64,000 nt of DNA from an uncultured Chloroflexia bacterium (GTDB lineage: Bacteria > Chloroflexota > Chloroflexia > QHBQ01 > JADMIH01): assembly GCA_963797095.1 (NCBI GenBank), contig CAWCNY010000003.1, positions 704,001 to 768,000 of the forward strand, given 5' to 3'. Every line of letters begins with the position of its first letter. Position 1 is the first letter of the stretch. Of the stretch, positions 17,830 through 28,331 are shown in pieces. The translations under genes and the position numbers were made by a program. The notes below the pieces were generated by a model, which was not told the origin of the DNA, made no database searches, and saw nothing but the letters and a program-made list of their open reading frames with translations.

Positions 17830-19336
17830 TCAGATAGGGGGCGAGTTGTAGACCAGGTGCCAGCACTGATCGAAGCGTGAACTGAGGATTGCCGTCCGCA
17901 CGGGCAACAGCTTTTCGGCACCCAGGCGGCTCCAACGCATACCTGCTCCGGCGAAGCGAGCCTTGAACTGCTTGCCTGCGCTCTCCACCGTGCCTGACCC
18001 AATCGGATAGCCCGCTTCGCGCATCTGGGAGTAGTTCATACGATGTGCGTTGTTGCTGAAGTAACCCGCTTCCTCCTTTAGCTGTTCAGCTTGTTTTGGT
18101 TGCCGCTCTGCCAAGTCAGCTAGCACCTCTGCCAAGTAGCCTGCTCCACCCTCAAATAGCAGCTTTTTCTGTGCCTCTAGCCATTGTTTGGAGGCGCCCG
18201 CATCGCCTTCGTGTGCTGCTAAAGATGCTGAGGCCAGGTGCTGCGCTCCATGATACCAGTCCACCAGTTGAGCACTGTCATACAAATGCTCCTCAGCTAG
18301 GTTCCAAATCCAGGCGGCACCGTCTGCTACTACCAGCGTGTGATCAGCCCTCTCCCACCCTCTGTGGTGTGCCTCTCCCCATAGCATCTGTCCGAAAACG
18401 GTGGGTCCGCCTAGATGGGCTACATAGCTTTGGTTAGTAGCACGGGCACGACTATCTTCGCTTCCTTCCTCCTCAAACTCAGTGGCCAATGCAGGCTCCG
18501 TTTTATCAGCCTCCATCTCCATAGCTTCAATGTCGAACACGCAGCCCACCTTCAACTCTTTCCAACCTTCCTCACGAATATGGATCATAGCGCCATCCAT
18601 ACTCGCACCCATCTTTGTGAATTGCCCAGGCACCCCAGGCACCCCAGGCACCCCAGGCACCCCAGGCACCCCAGGCGCAAATGCGTTGGAACCTTCTGCC
18701 TTAGAACCTTCCCTCTCGACCTGTACCTGTATATGTACATCGTTGGCGGAGTTGGCTGCCACCCACCGTGCAGCCTCCACCTCTCCAAAGCTACTACCCC
18801 ACTCCTGGCACAGCCTCCAAACAGTGCTGTCGGAGATGGACACACCTCCTATCTGCTCAAGTATTTGTGCCCCTCTCTCGAAGTCCACCAATCCTCCCAG
18901 CCATACTGACTGCTTGATTATCCATTCGCTCCAATGCACGTCCCACAAGTGCAACTGCTCATCCAGGGGGGAAAAGCCCCTTACGGCAGTAGGAGCAATA
19001 GTAGTAGGAGCGTTGTACTTTGATGGTGCCTATCCTGCTTTCCACAGGGTGAGCCTTCTCTCCCTTGTAGCGCATCTCCCTCCCACACTCAGGACAAGGT
19101 GGGCCAGGTACATTCTGAGTGGAGACCTCTTGCTGTGCCAGCACCGCCTGTGCCATCTGCTCACTCAGTTGCCTGCGCAGCTTCACTACCGCCTCCTCGA
19201 TCTGAGCTAGTGTGGGTTGGGGGGTGTCGGCTGACCAGCCAATCAGTTGTTCAATTGCTTGCTCTGCCTGTGCCATAAGCTCTGCCTTCATCTGTTCTCG
19301 GGTACGTTTCATCAGGAGCCTCCATGCTACGCGCAA
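17830..19336 (-). CDS. ISKra4-family transposase in two frames (18959-19336 and 17830-18954)
   Basis: CPECG and CSYC Zn motifs. LFPPG* shifts to F(F)PLDEQL at TTTTCCCCCC. SMDG, DGAAWIW, VDWYH, PIGSGTVES (DDE). Confidence 0.88.
18625..18676. repeat. 9-bp tandem repeat (CCCAGGCAC)5.8 encoding PGV repeats inside the transposase
   Basis: Read directly. Confidence 0.9.
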
Positions 19337-19485
19337 GATCCTCCTATTATCTCAAACCTTGCCCCCTATCTGAAATGCACCCGTGTTATTGATCCTACAC
19401 TATCTCTGTAACACATTCTGGTGTCTTGACAACAATCCTTTATGTTGCAAGGATAAGGCAATTACTGGTCAACAATTAGGGGGTA

Positions 19486-20280
19486 GTGAAAATGCCCTTC
19501 GATCTCAAGTATCATTGCCAGAGTTGCCCAACATTCTGCGGGCTAGCATGTGTGCAGATGCTAGCATACTCTCTTGACCAAGTCTTGCAGATTCAGCAAG
19601 CAGATTGGAAAGGATGTTCGGAGTCAGATGGATGGGGTGCACACCCCACCAATCTGCAACGCTACCTAAATGGTTTGCCGAACAAAGCGACTTCTATCCC
19701 AAACCTTACTTTCTATCTTGTGATATCCGACACCAAGAGCGCAATATCACACTGGGTTGCATATACACTTCGCAAGAAAAGGCCGGCACCTATGGTGCTT
19801 GTTGAGGGAGACGATCACTGGGTATTGGTCAAGGAATACACGCTGAAAGAAGAACCGGCCGCCGATTCACCCACCACCAAGTACAAGATCGACCGCTTCT
19901 TCATAGCGGATCCTTCCGTAAACTACGATCCCGTATCGGGTGAATGTCTAGAATGCCTTGCGAATGAGCTAAATGCCCTTACATTGCATGATCCCGACGA
20001 TATATGCGGAAATGCTGAAAGTTATACTTGCGGTTCTAAGCATTGCAAGATCGATCGGGGCCGTGGGATAAGGAGAACGAAGTATAGCACTTGGCGGAAT
20101 CACTGGCTGCATCAATTCCCAGGTCCGATATCTATTTGGTCGCATAAATATCTCGCTGTTATTGCGCTGGACGAAGAGAACGATCCTCTGAATGGGGATG
20201 ATTTTACAAGCCACACACTAGCAGGCGAAGAATGCGTAAATGGAGCATGGACTGATGAGGATTGTCCTGAGTTTGATTGA
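19486..20280 (+). CDS. Papain-fold (C39-like) cysteine peptidase 2, catalytic domain
   Basis: YHCQSCPTFCGLAC, DHWVLV, IADPS, GRG..Y.TW, KYLAV, collinear with the N-terminal half of 10823-12478. Confidence 0.72.
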   Translation: MKMPFDLKYHCQSCPTFCGLACVQMLAYSLDQVLQIQQADWKGCSESDGWGAHPTNLQRYLNGLPNKATSIPNLTFYLVISDTKSAISHWVAYTLRKKRPAPMVLVEGDDHWVLVKEYTLKEEPAADSPTTKYKIDRFFIADPSVNYDPVSGECLECLANELNALTLHDPDDICGNAESYTCGSKHCKIDRGRGIRRTKYSTWRNHWLHQFPGPISIWSHKYLAVIALDEENDPLNGDDFTSHTLAGEECVNGAWTDEDCPEFD

Positions 20281-20350
20281 TGACCCACTCTCAAAATACT
20301 GAAGCCTTCATTTGACCGAATGTTAGAGTTCTACACTATAGCAAGATGAG

Positions 20351-21001
20351 GTGCCTACTGTGGCTGCAGATAATAAATTCCAACTAGATGACGATACCCT
20401 CCGCAACAAGGCCCAGCAAGCATTACAGGAAGAAGCGGAGGTCATACCTAATTCCACCTCCTCGTGGGACAAATTGCTTGCTAATGCATCAGTTGCTCCA
20501 TCCGATCTCATTCTGCAAGTTGAGGATCTGAAGGAAGGTGAGCAGGGTTTTTGCTATTATTTGGTTCCCATCGTCAATCCCAATGGCTCTATACCCGTTG
20601 TTATACTCTTGGACGCAACCACTGGTGAGTTGCTTGAATCTACAGGCGTCGAAGAGAGTGTACAAACCGCCGATGGCCTCAACGCAATCATTCTAGTGCC
20701 TGCTCAACAAATAAAGGATCAGCTTCTATCGATCGGTTTTGTCACAATAAATGGGCAACGAAGGCCCATAAAGCAAGTTCAAATTGACCAACGTTCAGTA
20801 TGGCGGCATACTAGGCTTACGCCTCTGCCATATTTCCCTCGCTATAGGATGCACGTCACATTCAGCGATGGTCTCATTCAAGAACTGAGTACGTTCTACG
20901 TTCCAATATCGGGCCTTTCACTGCCAACTCCTCCACCTGGTGGGCTAGGAGAGGTCCCGGACTTAACACCATATACGAACTATCCAGGTATTAAACAATA
21001 A
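20351..21001 (+). CDS. Stand-alone homolog of the C-terminal domain of peptidase 1
   Basis: VEDL..YYLVPI, VWRHT..PYFPRY, FYV versus VEWL..YYIIPF, VWKPC..PYCPFY, LYV in 10823-12478. Confidence 0.65.
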   Translation: MPTVAADNKFQLDDDTLRNKAQQALQEEAEVIPNSTSSWDKLLANASVAPSDLILQVEDLKEGEQGFCYYLVPIVNPNGSIPVVILLDATTGELLESTGVEESVQTADGLNAIILVPAQQIKDQLLSIGFVTINGQRRPIKQVQIDQRSVWRHTRLTPLPYFPRYRMHVTFSDGLIQELSTFYVPISGLSLPTPPPGGLGEVPDLTPYTNYPGIKQ

Positions 21002-21008
21002 TCTGCAA

Positions 21009-23949
21009 CTATAACAACCCGTGCTCCATCGCAAATCGAATAGCCGCAGTACGCGACGTGACATCGATCTTATTGTAGATTGAGTAGAGGTGCGAACGTA
21101 CTGTATTCGGGCTTAGAAATAGCCGAGCAGCTACCTGTGCATTGTTGAGCCCAAGCGCAATCAATCGTAACAACTCAACCTCGCGTTTGCTGAGGCCGTT
21201 AGGATATGTTGGATCTTTAGTCAGTAGGTTTGTAGGTTGCGTCGCGTCTATTGGTAGCGCCATCGGATCTACAGGAGCTTCCACTGCGAAGGCCATAGAC
21301 ACTATTCGATCCAACGACAGGGCTTGACCCTCGGCCAAATACAAATTAAACTCATCATCTCCTAATCGCTTTCGAGTCTGAGCCACCATTTGCTCATATT
21401 CTGCAACGTCAACTGTCGTGGCGTTCACAAAGCTAATCCCCTCAGGGCGAATGGATAGCGGTGCGGCAAGCAATCGTGCAGCCAATTGGGGATCACCACC
21501 ATCAAAAGCCACCCCAGCAATGCTAGCCAGGCACAGGGCAGCCTGCCGTTTGCGCCCCAACTCCTGGTAAATTGCTGCTGCTTCTTGGTGTAGCGCCAGT
21601 GTACTATCATACCGTCTCTGCCGGTACGTTGCATATCCAATATGACGGGTTATTAAGGCCAACCGGCCCCTGTCACCCAGAGCCTGATATAGAGCGAAAC
21701 TTTCCCGATAGAACGCCTCAGCCTTGTCGTATGCCCCCTCAAGGTGCGCCACCATTCCATAGCCAAAAAGAACGTGCCCCAGATAATACCTGTCGCCTAC
21801 CTCACGCAGCAAGGGTATCGCTTCATCGAAACTACTACGGGCCAGACTGAAATCGCGAAGCTGAACGGCATCTAGGCCAACCGTCCCCAGCATCGAAGCA
21901 ACATTCCACTTGTCGCCCAGTTGCCTGTACAAGCCGATACTTTCCTTATCAAGGGACACAGATCCATTTACATCCCCCAGGCGGTATGGGATGCTGGACG
22001 CAAGGTCCAAGCCATGCGCCAACCCCCAAAGATCACCTGTTTCACGAAAGAGTGCTAACCCTTCGTCGGCCAGTTCATACAGCGAGCGTTCCAACGTATG
22101 CGATCCAACTCGCGAGAGTAATATCAGTGCATAAGCAAGTAGCTTCTTCTCACCCAGTTCCCGCAGTATTGCAACGCTTTCCTGTAGCGCAGCACGCGAA
22201 CCATCCAGGTCAAAATGCTGTTCGGCTAACTTAGCGGACGCATAAAGCGCTTTGGCAAGCCCAACACTTCGCTCGTTGTGGTCAATTTTCTCCAGTACGC
22301 TACCCAGCCAACGCTGCCCCTCAACAAAATGCCCCCTGAAATACCAATACCACCCCAGCGCCCCAGCCAACCGCAACCCGACGTTGGCATCCCCACCATC
22401 ACTCAGGCTCCAGCCCAGGGTCGCGCGGATATTGTCCAGGTCGGCATCCAGCTTGCGCAGCCAGGGATCGCGGCCACCCGTCGTCATATGAGGCTCGGCC
22501 TCCTCTGCCAGCGCCAGCATAGCCAGCGCGTGGGCGCGGCGCACCTCGTTCTCTTCCCCACTCTCGACCAGCCGCTCAAGCCCGTACTCGCGGATCGTTT
22601 CGAGCATACTGAAGCGCGCTTCCCCGTCCGGCCCTTCCTCCTGCTTCAACAAACTCTTATCCAGCAGCGATGCGACCAGGTCCAGCGTGTCCAGGCCTGA
22701 AGGCACGCGCCCTCCTCCCTCGCTCGCCACCCGCTCCGCAGCGTCCAGCGTAAAGCCCCCCACGAACACCGACAATCGTCTGTACGCCGCCTTCTCCGCC
22801 TCGTCCAGCAGGTTGTAGCTCCAATCGATAGCTCCCCGCAGCGTGCGCTGGCGAGGCGGCAGATTCTGCGCACCTCCCGTCAGCACCCCAAGCCTGCTGT
22901 CGAGCCGGGCCAGCAGCGCTTGCGGCCTCAACACATTGATCCTCGCGGCGGCAAGCTCTATCGCAAGCGGCAGCCCATCCAGTTTCCGGCAAATATCGGC
23001 AATCACAACCGCCGTCGCGTCATCCACAACCAGGTCAAGACGAGACCGCGCGGGCACGCTGCACAAACAGGTCGGTGGCCTCCGATTGCGACAGGCTTTC
23101 CGCCGTGGTCTGCGCGTCGCGTGGAGGCACAGGCAGCGGCGGCACTCGCCAAATCTGCTCGCCATAAACATGCAGCGCGCTCCGGCTAGTCGTTACCACC
23201 TGCACATCAACCGCGGCAGTGAGAAGCTCTGCCAGGTGCTCCTCCGGCTCGTCGATCTGCTCCATATTGTCGAGCACCAGCAGCATCCGCTTGTCCCGCA
23301 GAAAATCGGCCAGCACCTCGTTCGCGGGCCTCCCCGTCGCCTCCTTCACCCCCAGTGCCGACGCCACAGCCTGCGCAATCCCTTTGCCATCCACCAGGGC
23401 AGCCAGCGGCACAAAAAACACCCCGTCCTCGTAATCGCCGCCCCTGAGCAAACGCCGCCCAGCCTCTATGCTCAGGCGCGTCTTCCCTATGCCCGGCGGG
23501 CCAAGCAGCGTAAGCAACCTCACGCCCGGCTTGCTCAGCAGATCCACCACCCGCTCCACATCCGCTTCCCGCCCGACAAAAGTCGTGAGTTGCGCCGGTA
23601 AGTTCGATGGGGGTTGGGCGCGCACCCGCCACGGGGCTTCCGGGTCGAAGTCCGGGTCGGCGGCTGCCCCACTTCCCGGGTAACCCTCGTCGGTGTCCAG
23701 GTCGGAAATAGCAAACAGCACAAAAGCCTTGTGCTCGTTGCGGGCGACCGCGAAAATGTGCGCTACCCTTTCGGCCATCCGCCGCGTGGGCCTCGCCGCG
23801 CCCGCTTCCCACTCCTGCACCAGCTCCGGCGTGCAATCTACCCCCACGCGCTCCGCAAGCTCTTCCGGTGAAATTCCGCGCGCTTCCCGGCGGCTTCGTA
23901 GCCACAACCCGAATAGCGTGCGTGCCTGTTGTTCTTTTTCAGTCACCAT
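21009..23949 (-). pseudogene. XRE-HTH / NB-ARC / TPR / LuxR-HTH regulator, frameshifted near 23040
   Basis: FGLWLR, GPPGIGKT, LVLDNMEQ, LFVQRARAV, then a frame change into LDGLPLAIELAAAR, TPRs and LSKREVELL..LSPNTVRSHLYSIYNKI. Confidence 0.88.
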
Positions 23950-24450
23950 AGCCACACCTGTGCTCTTTATATAGAGACACAAATCAAAAGGGCGGGTGGT
24001 TTCCAGGGCCGACGCCTATTTCTTGACGACAGCCCTGCGTCGTTGTCCCACAGTATAGCACTACCGTGCCCCGGATGTAATAGGTCTCTGGTCCCATTGC
24101 ATGTCGGGCGTTATGCGTACCCAGGCATGCAGACCCCGCACCCCACCCCAAAATTAATCCTCCCCCGATCCCCTGATTAATCCTTTCATCCGATGGAGCC
24201 ACCGTTCCAAAGGGCTAGCATAAGGGCAATGGCGAGATATTTCCAACCAACCAAAATAAAGTACCTCGCCAGGGCGGTAACGAGTATGGCTCCTGTCAAA
24301 CGCAAGCACGCTACAACGACCCGAGGCGCCAGGGTCAACAGAGCACAGCAGGCCACGCAAGAGTCACACTCAGGTTTTACGGCTCTCCAGGGGTCAAGTC
24401 TCGCTCAATACAGGGGGAGCGCACCCGGTGGAGAAAAGGAGGGTAAGAAA

Positions 24451-25269
24451 GTGTACGGCAAAACTATCGGTATGAGGTTTCTAGCGGTCGTCGCGCTGTT
24501 GCCCCTGCTGGCCCAGGTGACCGGCAGCCCGGTAACCGGCCCCGACCCTATAGACACCACTCTCAGGTTCGATAAGCTTGCCGTCTACAAGTACGAAGGC
24601 TTCCAACCTTACGATGTAGTCGCCCGAGTCGTGGACGGCAACGGCCAACCTGTAGATGGTGCTGATGTGAAAGTGGTCTTTGCGGCAACCGGCAAGACCG
24701 CCATCCCATTGAAAAGCACTGGTAAAGGCAACTATATAGGCTGCGATCTGGAGTGGATAGACGCCCCTTCCGGCGATCTCACCATCCGGGTGGTCGCCCA
24801 GAAGAGGGGTATGCTCACCGCCGAAGCTACCGTCAAAGATCAACCCGGCAATGGCTGCGGTGCCGGTGAGCCTCAACTCTATATCTCCAAGATCGACGCC
24901 GACAAGCTCAACGGCTCCAAGAAGTCGCTCGACGTCGCACTACGCGTCACCGATGAGCGTGGCCTTCCAGTCAAGGGGGCTGAGGTGATGATCCGCGCAA
25001 CCGACTACCACAACTATGTGGACGCGCGCCTCGCCGACGCCGGTGATGGCAAATACATGGCGTGCTCGCTCGGCAGCTTCGATACTTCCGGTGCTGGCCA
25101 GATCGTCATCCATGCGCGGGCCTCCGCACTCGGCTATCGAGAGGCTGAGGCTGATTCGGTCAACAAAGTGGGCACAATCTGCTCCCGTCAGGCACCCCCG
25201 TCTGACGATACAACAACAGGCTCTACTACCCAGGCTACGGCCAGGGGTGATGGGAGGTTCGCGAGATGA
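24451..25269 (+). CDS. Secreted protein with two Ig-like repeats
   Basis: AGGAGG plus GTG at 24451; signal peptide; repeats VVDGNGQPVDGADV..GNYIGC and VTDERGLPVKGAEV..GKYMAC. Confidence 0.7.
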   Translation: MYGKTIGMRFLAVVALLPLLAQVTGSPVTGPDPIDTTLRFDKLAVYKYEGFQPYDVVARVVDGNGQPVDGADVKVVFAATGKTAIPLKSTGKGNYIGCDLEWIDAPSGDLTIRVVAQKRGMLTAEATVKDQPGNGCGAGEPQLYISKIDADKLNGSKKSLDVALRVTDERGLPVKGAEVMIRATDYHNYVDARLADAGDGKYMACSLGSFDTSGAGQIVIHARASALGYREAEADSVNKVGTICSRQAPPSDDTTTGSTTQATARGDGRFAR

Positions 25270-26447
25270 AATCCAGACTAATCCTAACCGGTCTGGCGCT
25301 CGTGCTCCTGTCTCTTGCACTTGTGGCGGCTCCTCTGCGAGCCGCCCAGGCCGGAGCCGGAAGCACAGCAACCCAGCCCGACATGCAGGAATCACCGTCC
25401 GTTCAATATCAGACCAACTTTGAAAAGACTATCCAGCCCTGGGAGGCTGGCACTAACGACCGCTCCGTAACCGCAAGCCTGTCAAGGCAGGAAGGCGACA
25501 ACGGTTGCGGCGATGGCGGCAATGCCTTTGCGGACCTGGAGAGCTACCCCGGCCCCATCCAGGACGCTCCCGAGGCCGGTGGCCCGCATCCCCTGCCAAT
25601 AACAACCTGGGCAGCCATCGAGCTTTCCGGGCCACGGGGTCCCGTCGATGTGACAGTTGAGTGGGCCACGCGCAACCAGGGCGCCTGCGAAGGATGTATG
25701 CCAGCCGTCTTCGTCGGCACTCAGGCCATCGACGACAGGAGTCTCTTCCACACGATCGCCTCTCCTCTCTCCAAGCAGTGGCAGAGCCTCAGCTATCAGA
25801 CCACTTTCCTCTACGGCAACACCGGCACGATCTACGTGGCCCTCGGCTGGATGGGCAGCAATGCCGCCATCGCACTTGACTGCGTCAGCATAAGCATCAA
25901 CGCCCATTACGACTACGACTACAGCTTTGAAAACGGCACCGCCCCCTGGCAGCCTGTGGAGATGAACGACGAGACCCCTATCCTCAACCAGGGCGCCGGA
26001 GATGCCGGCTGCAGCCGCAGGATCGACACCTGGCACGCGGCCCTCAGCAACTACTTGGGGCCACTGGACAGTGAGACTGATGTAGGCCCCCTCGCGCCGC
26101 TTATGCTATCTCGCATGATGCAAGCGTCCTTCCCACCATCCAGCGACCGCTTCAGCGATGTCACGGTCACCTGGTCGGCACGTAGCGACTATGGATGCGC
26201 GGGCTGTACGCCTCTCATCTACCTGGGCACAAGCCCCCTTACCAGTAGCGGGCAGCTAAGGCCACTGGCCGCCAAGATAGCCGACTTCTGGCAGCCCATG
26301 GGCTATGAGGCCGCCATCTTTACTCCCGACACCAGCCACGTATACGTGGCCCTGGGTTGGCAGGAACCTGCCGGCCCGACACGCTTGCGGGCAGTTGGCT
26401 ACGACTGCCTCAACGTCCATATCCAACCGGCGGACATCAACCCATGA
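25266..26447 (+). CDS. Secreted protein with two Cys-containing beta-sandwich-like repeats
   Basis: Signal peptide; duplicated FE...PW, CxGCxP, YVALGW and DC motifs; ATGA overlap with the upstream gene. Confidence 0.72.
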   Translation: MKSRLILTGLALVLLSLALVAAPLRAAQAGAGSTATQPDMQESPSVQYQTNFEKTIQPWEAGTNDRSVTASLSRQEGDNGCGDGGNAFADLESYPGPIQDAPEAGGPHPLPITTWAAIELSGPRGPVDVTVEWATRNQGACEGCMPAVFVGTQAIDDRSLFHTIASPLSKQWQSLSYQTTFLYGNTGTIYVALGWMGSNAAIALDCVSISINAHYDYDYSFENGTAPWQPVEMNDETPILNQGAGDAGCSRRIDTWHAALSNYLGPLDSETDVGPLAPLMLSRMMQASFPPSSDRFSDVTVTWSARSDYGCAGCTPLIYLGTSPLTSSGQLRPLAAKIADFWQPMGYEAAIFTPDTSHVYVALGWQEPAGPTRLRAVGYDCLNVHIQPADINP

Positions 26448-26722
26448 AGCAGGGCTTGCTTCTCGGAACATCACAATAATGACGGCAGGGCGGGGGCAGT
26501 TCCCCTCCTTGCTGCCCCCGCTGGGAGGGATGCCGTTTGGCGTCCCTCCTTTAGGTGTAGTGCAACTGCCATCCGTGTATGCTAGAGTAGAATAATTCAC
26601 CACCCTCACAAGCAACTGACGCTTCAGGCAGGCTAACCTCACTATGGCGGCGAGCGATATTCTTGTCTCCGCCACCGCCCTGTCGCATAAGCAATCACAC
26701 CATCTCTATTTCTCACGGAGGT

Positions 26723-28094
26723 ATGGCCATGCTGGAAAGGAACAATCCTTCCGTTGTCGAGGCAGCAGCTTTGCGCCTTGCCCTTATAACCTCAGCCCTC
26801 GTGATCTCTATAACTGTAGCTGTCAACCTCAGCACACCGGTCTCCGCCCTCCCCTCTGTCAACTCCACAACCCCAGGCGACCCTCCTTCGCCCACCTGCG
26901 GTCCGGCCTAGCGCCTTGTATCGAGTCCCAGCCCACCCGCCTTCCCCGGTTTCTATGGCTACTCACTCTCCGGGGTTGATGCGATATCTGCAAGTGATGT
27001 CTGGGCTGTCGGCTCCCATTATTACGGCGATTTGATTAGCGGAACCTACTCAGCACCACTGGCCGAGCATTGGGATGGAAATCAGTGGAGCGTGGTGCCA
27101 CCCGCCTATACGGGCGATGGTGAAAGTGGCCTCTACGCAGTGGCCGCTATTTCGAGCAGTGATATCTGGGCTGTAGGTAATTACACCGGCCACTCTGTGT
27201 ACCAGACCCTCATAGAGCACTGAGATGGCACCTCCTGGGCCATCATCCCAAGCCCAAACGCAGGGACAGACAGCAGCAAGCTAACCGGCCTGGCTGTGGT
27301 CTCCGGCAACGATATCTGGGCCGCAGGCTCTCCCATCGAACACTGGGAGGCAGCACATGGAGCATCGTGCCAGGCCCCTACGGCCTCGCAGCTGTTGCAG
27401 CAACAGCACCCAACGATGGTTGGGGCATGGATCGGGCTCGGGTACATTGGTGGATATCCAGCACCACTCAGACCTTCAGCTCAGTGATGTTCCGCCTGGC
27501 AGCACATCCTACACCTACATCCGCTGCCTGGTATGCGCGGGCATCATCAGCGGTTACACCGACGGCACTTTTCAGCCTGCCAACAACGTCACCAGGGGCC
27601 AGCTTTCCAAAATCGTATCCAATGCCGCCGGCTTTACCGGCGACCCGGGCCAGCTCTTCGAGGACGTGCCTGTTGGCTCTACCTTCCAGGTCTACGTCAG
27701 CCGCCTCGCTTCTCGGGGCTATATCAACGGATGTCCCTGCGGCGGCGACGGCGAGTCCTGCCAGCCACCTCGTAATCTCCCCTACTTCCGCTCCAACAAC
27801 CCTGCCTCCAGGGGACAGATCACTAATATTGTCTCTAATGCAGCAAACTTGGACGACACACCAACGGGCCAGCAATTCCAGGATATCCCCTCGGGCAGCA
27901 CATACTACACGTACACCTACCGGCTGGTTGCCCGCTCTGTAATGTCAGGATACCCATGTGGACGACCCAACGAGCCATGTTCCCCGCCCGGCAACCTCCC
28001 CTACTTCCGCCCCAACGACCCCGCCGCCAGAGGCCAGACCTCAAGAATCATCTCTAATACCTTCTTCCCATCTTGCAGCACAGCCTTCAAATAA
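26723..28094 (+). pseudogene. Degraded S-layer homology (SLH) protein with beta-propeller-type DVWAVG/EHWDG repeats
   Basis: Stop codons where Trp is expected (CGPA* at 26909, IEH*DG at 27221) plus frame changes. Intact SLH repeats at 27480-28094 (ISGYTDGTFQP..TRGQLSK). Confidence 0.8.
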
Positions 28095-28105
28095 GGTAAG
28101 CCTGG

Positions 28106-28170
28106 CAAAAGGGGTGCAGGCGGAACTGCCTGCCGGGCGGGTGCCCCTGGGCGGCGTGGGTATCCTCCTA
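28106..28170. repeat. REP-like element (AAAAGGGGTGCAGGCGGAACTGCCTGCCGGG)
   Basis: Similar to 56085-56140. Confidence 0.5.
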
Positions 28171-28171
28171 C

Positions 28172-28270
28172 CTCTTCCGGGTCAACCAACAGCACGCGCC
28201 CGCCTCGCTCGGCGAGCGCATAGCCAGGATTGAGTGTGGTGGTAGTTTTCCCGGCGTTCCCGGCCCTCAT
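28172..28270 (-). pseudogene. ParA/Soj N-terminal remnant
   Basis: GNAGKTTTTLNPGYALAERGGRVLLVDP resembles GGVGKTTT..NL..ALA..G.RVLLVD. No continuation follows. Confidence 0.65.
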
Positions 28271-28331
28271 GGGCTATGCTGATGATCAACTTACTCCTGC
28301 CATTCCAATAAAGAGTGGTGGGAATGGTAGT

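Larger units (their letters stand above)
17821..19382 (-). mobile_element. Insertion sequence, ISKra4-like (1562 bp)
   Basis: Perfect 22-bp TIRs GGGTGCATTTCAGATAGGGGGC. 9-bp target duplication GTGTTATTG at 17812-17820 and 19383-19391. Confidence 0.93.

Noticed and set aside
18585-18845. Cys-rich LGC-repeat ORF as another RiPP precursor
   Set aside because: It is an alternative frame of the 9-bp repeat inside the IS transposase.
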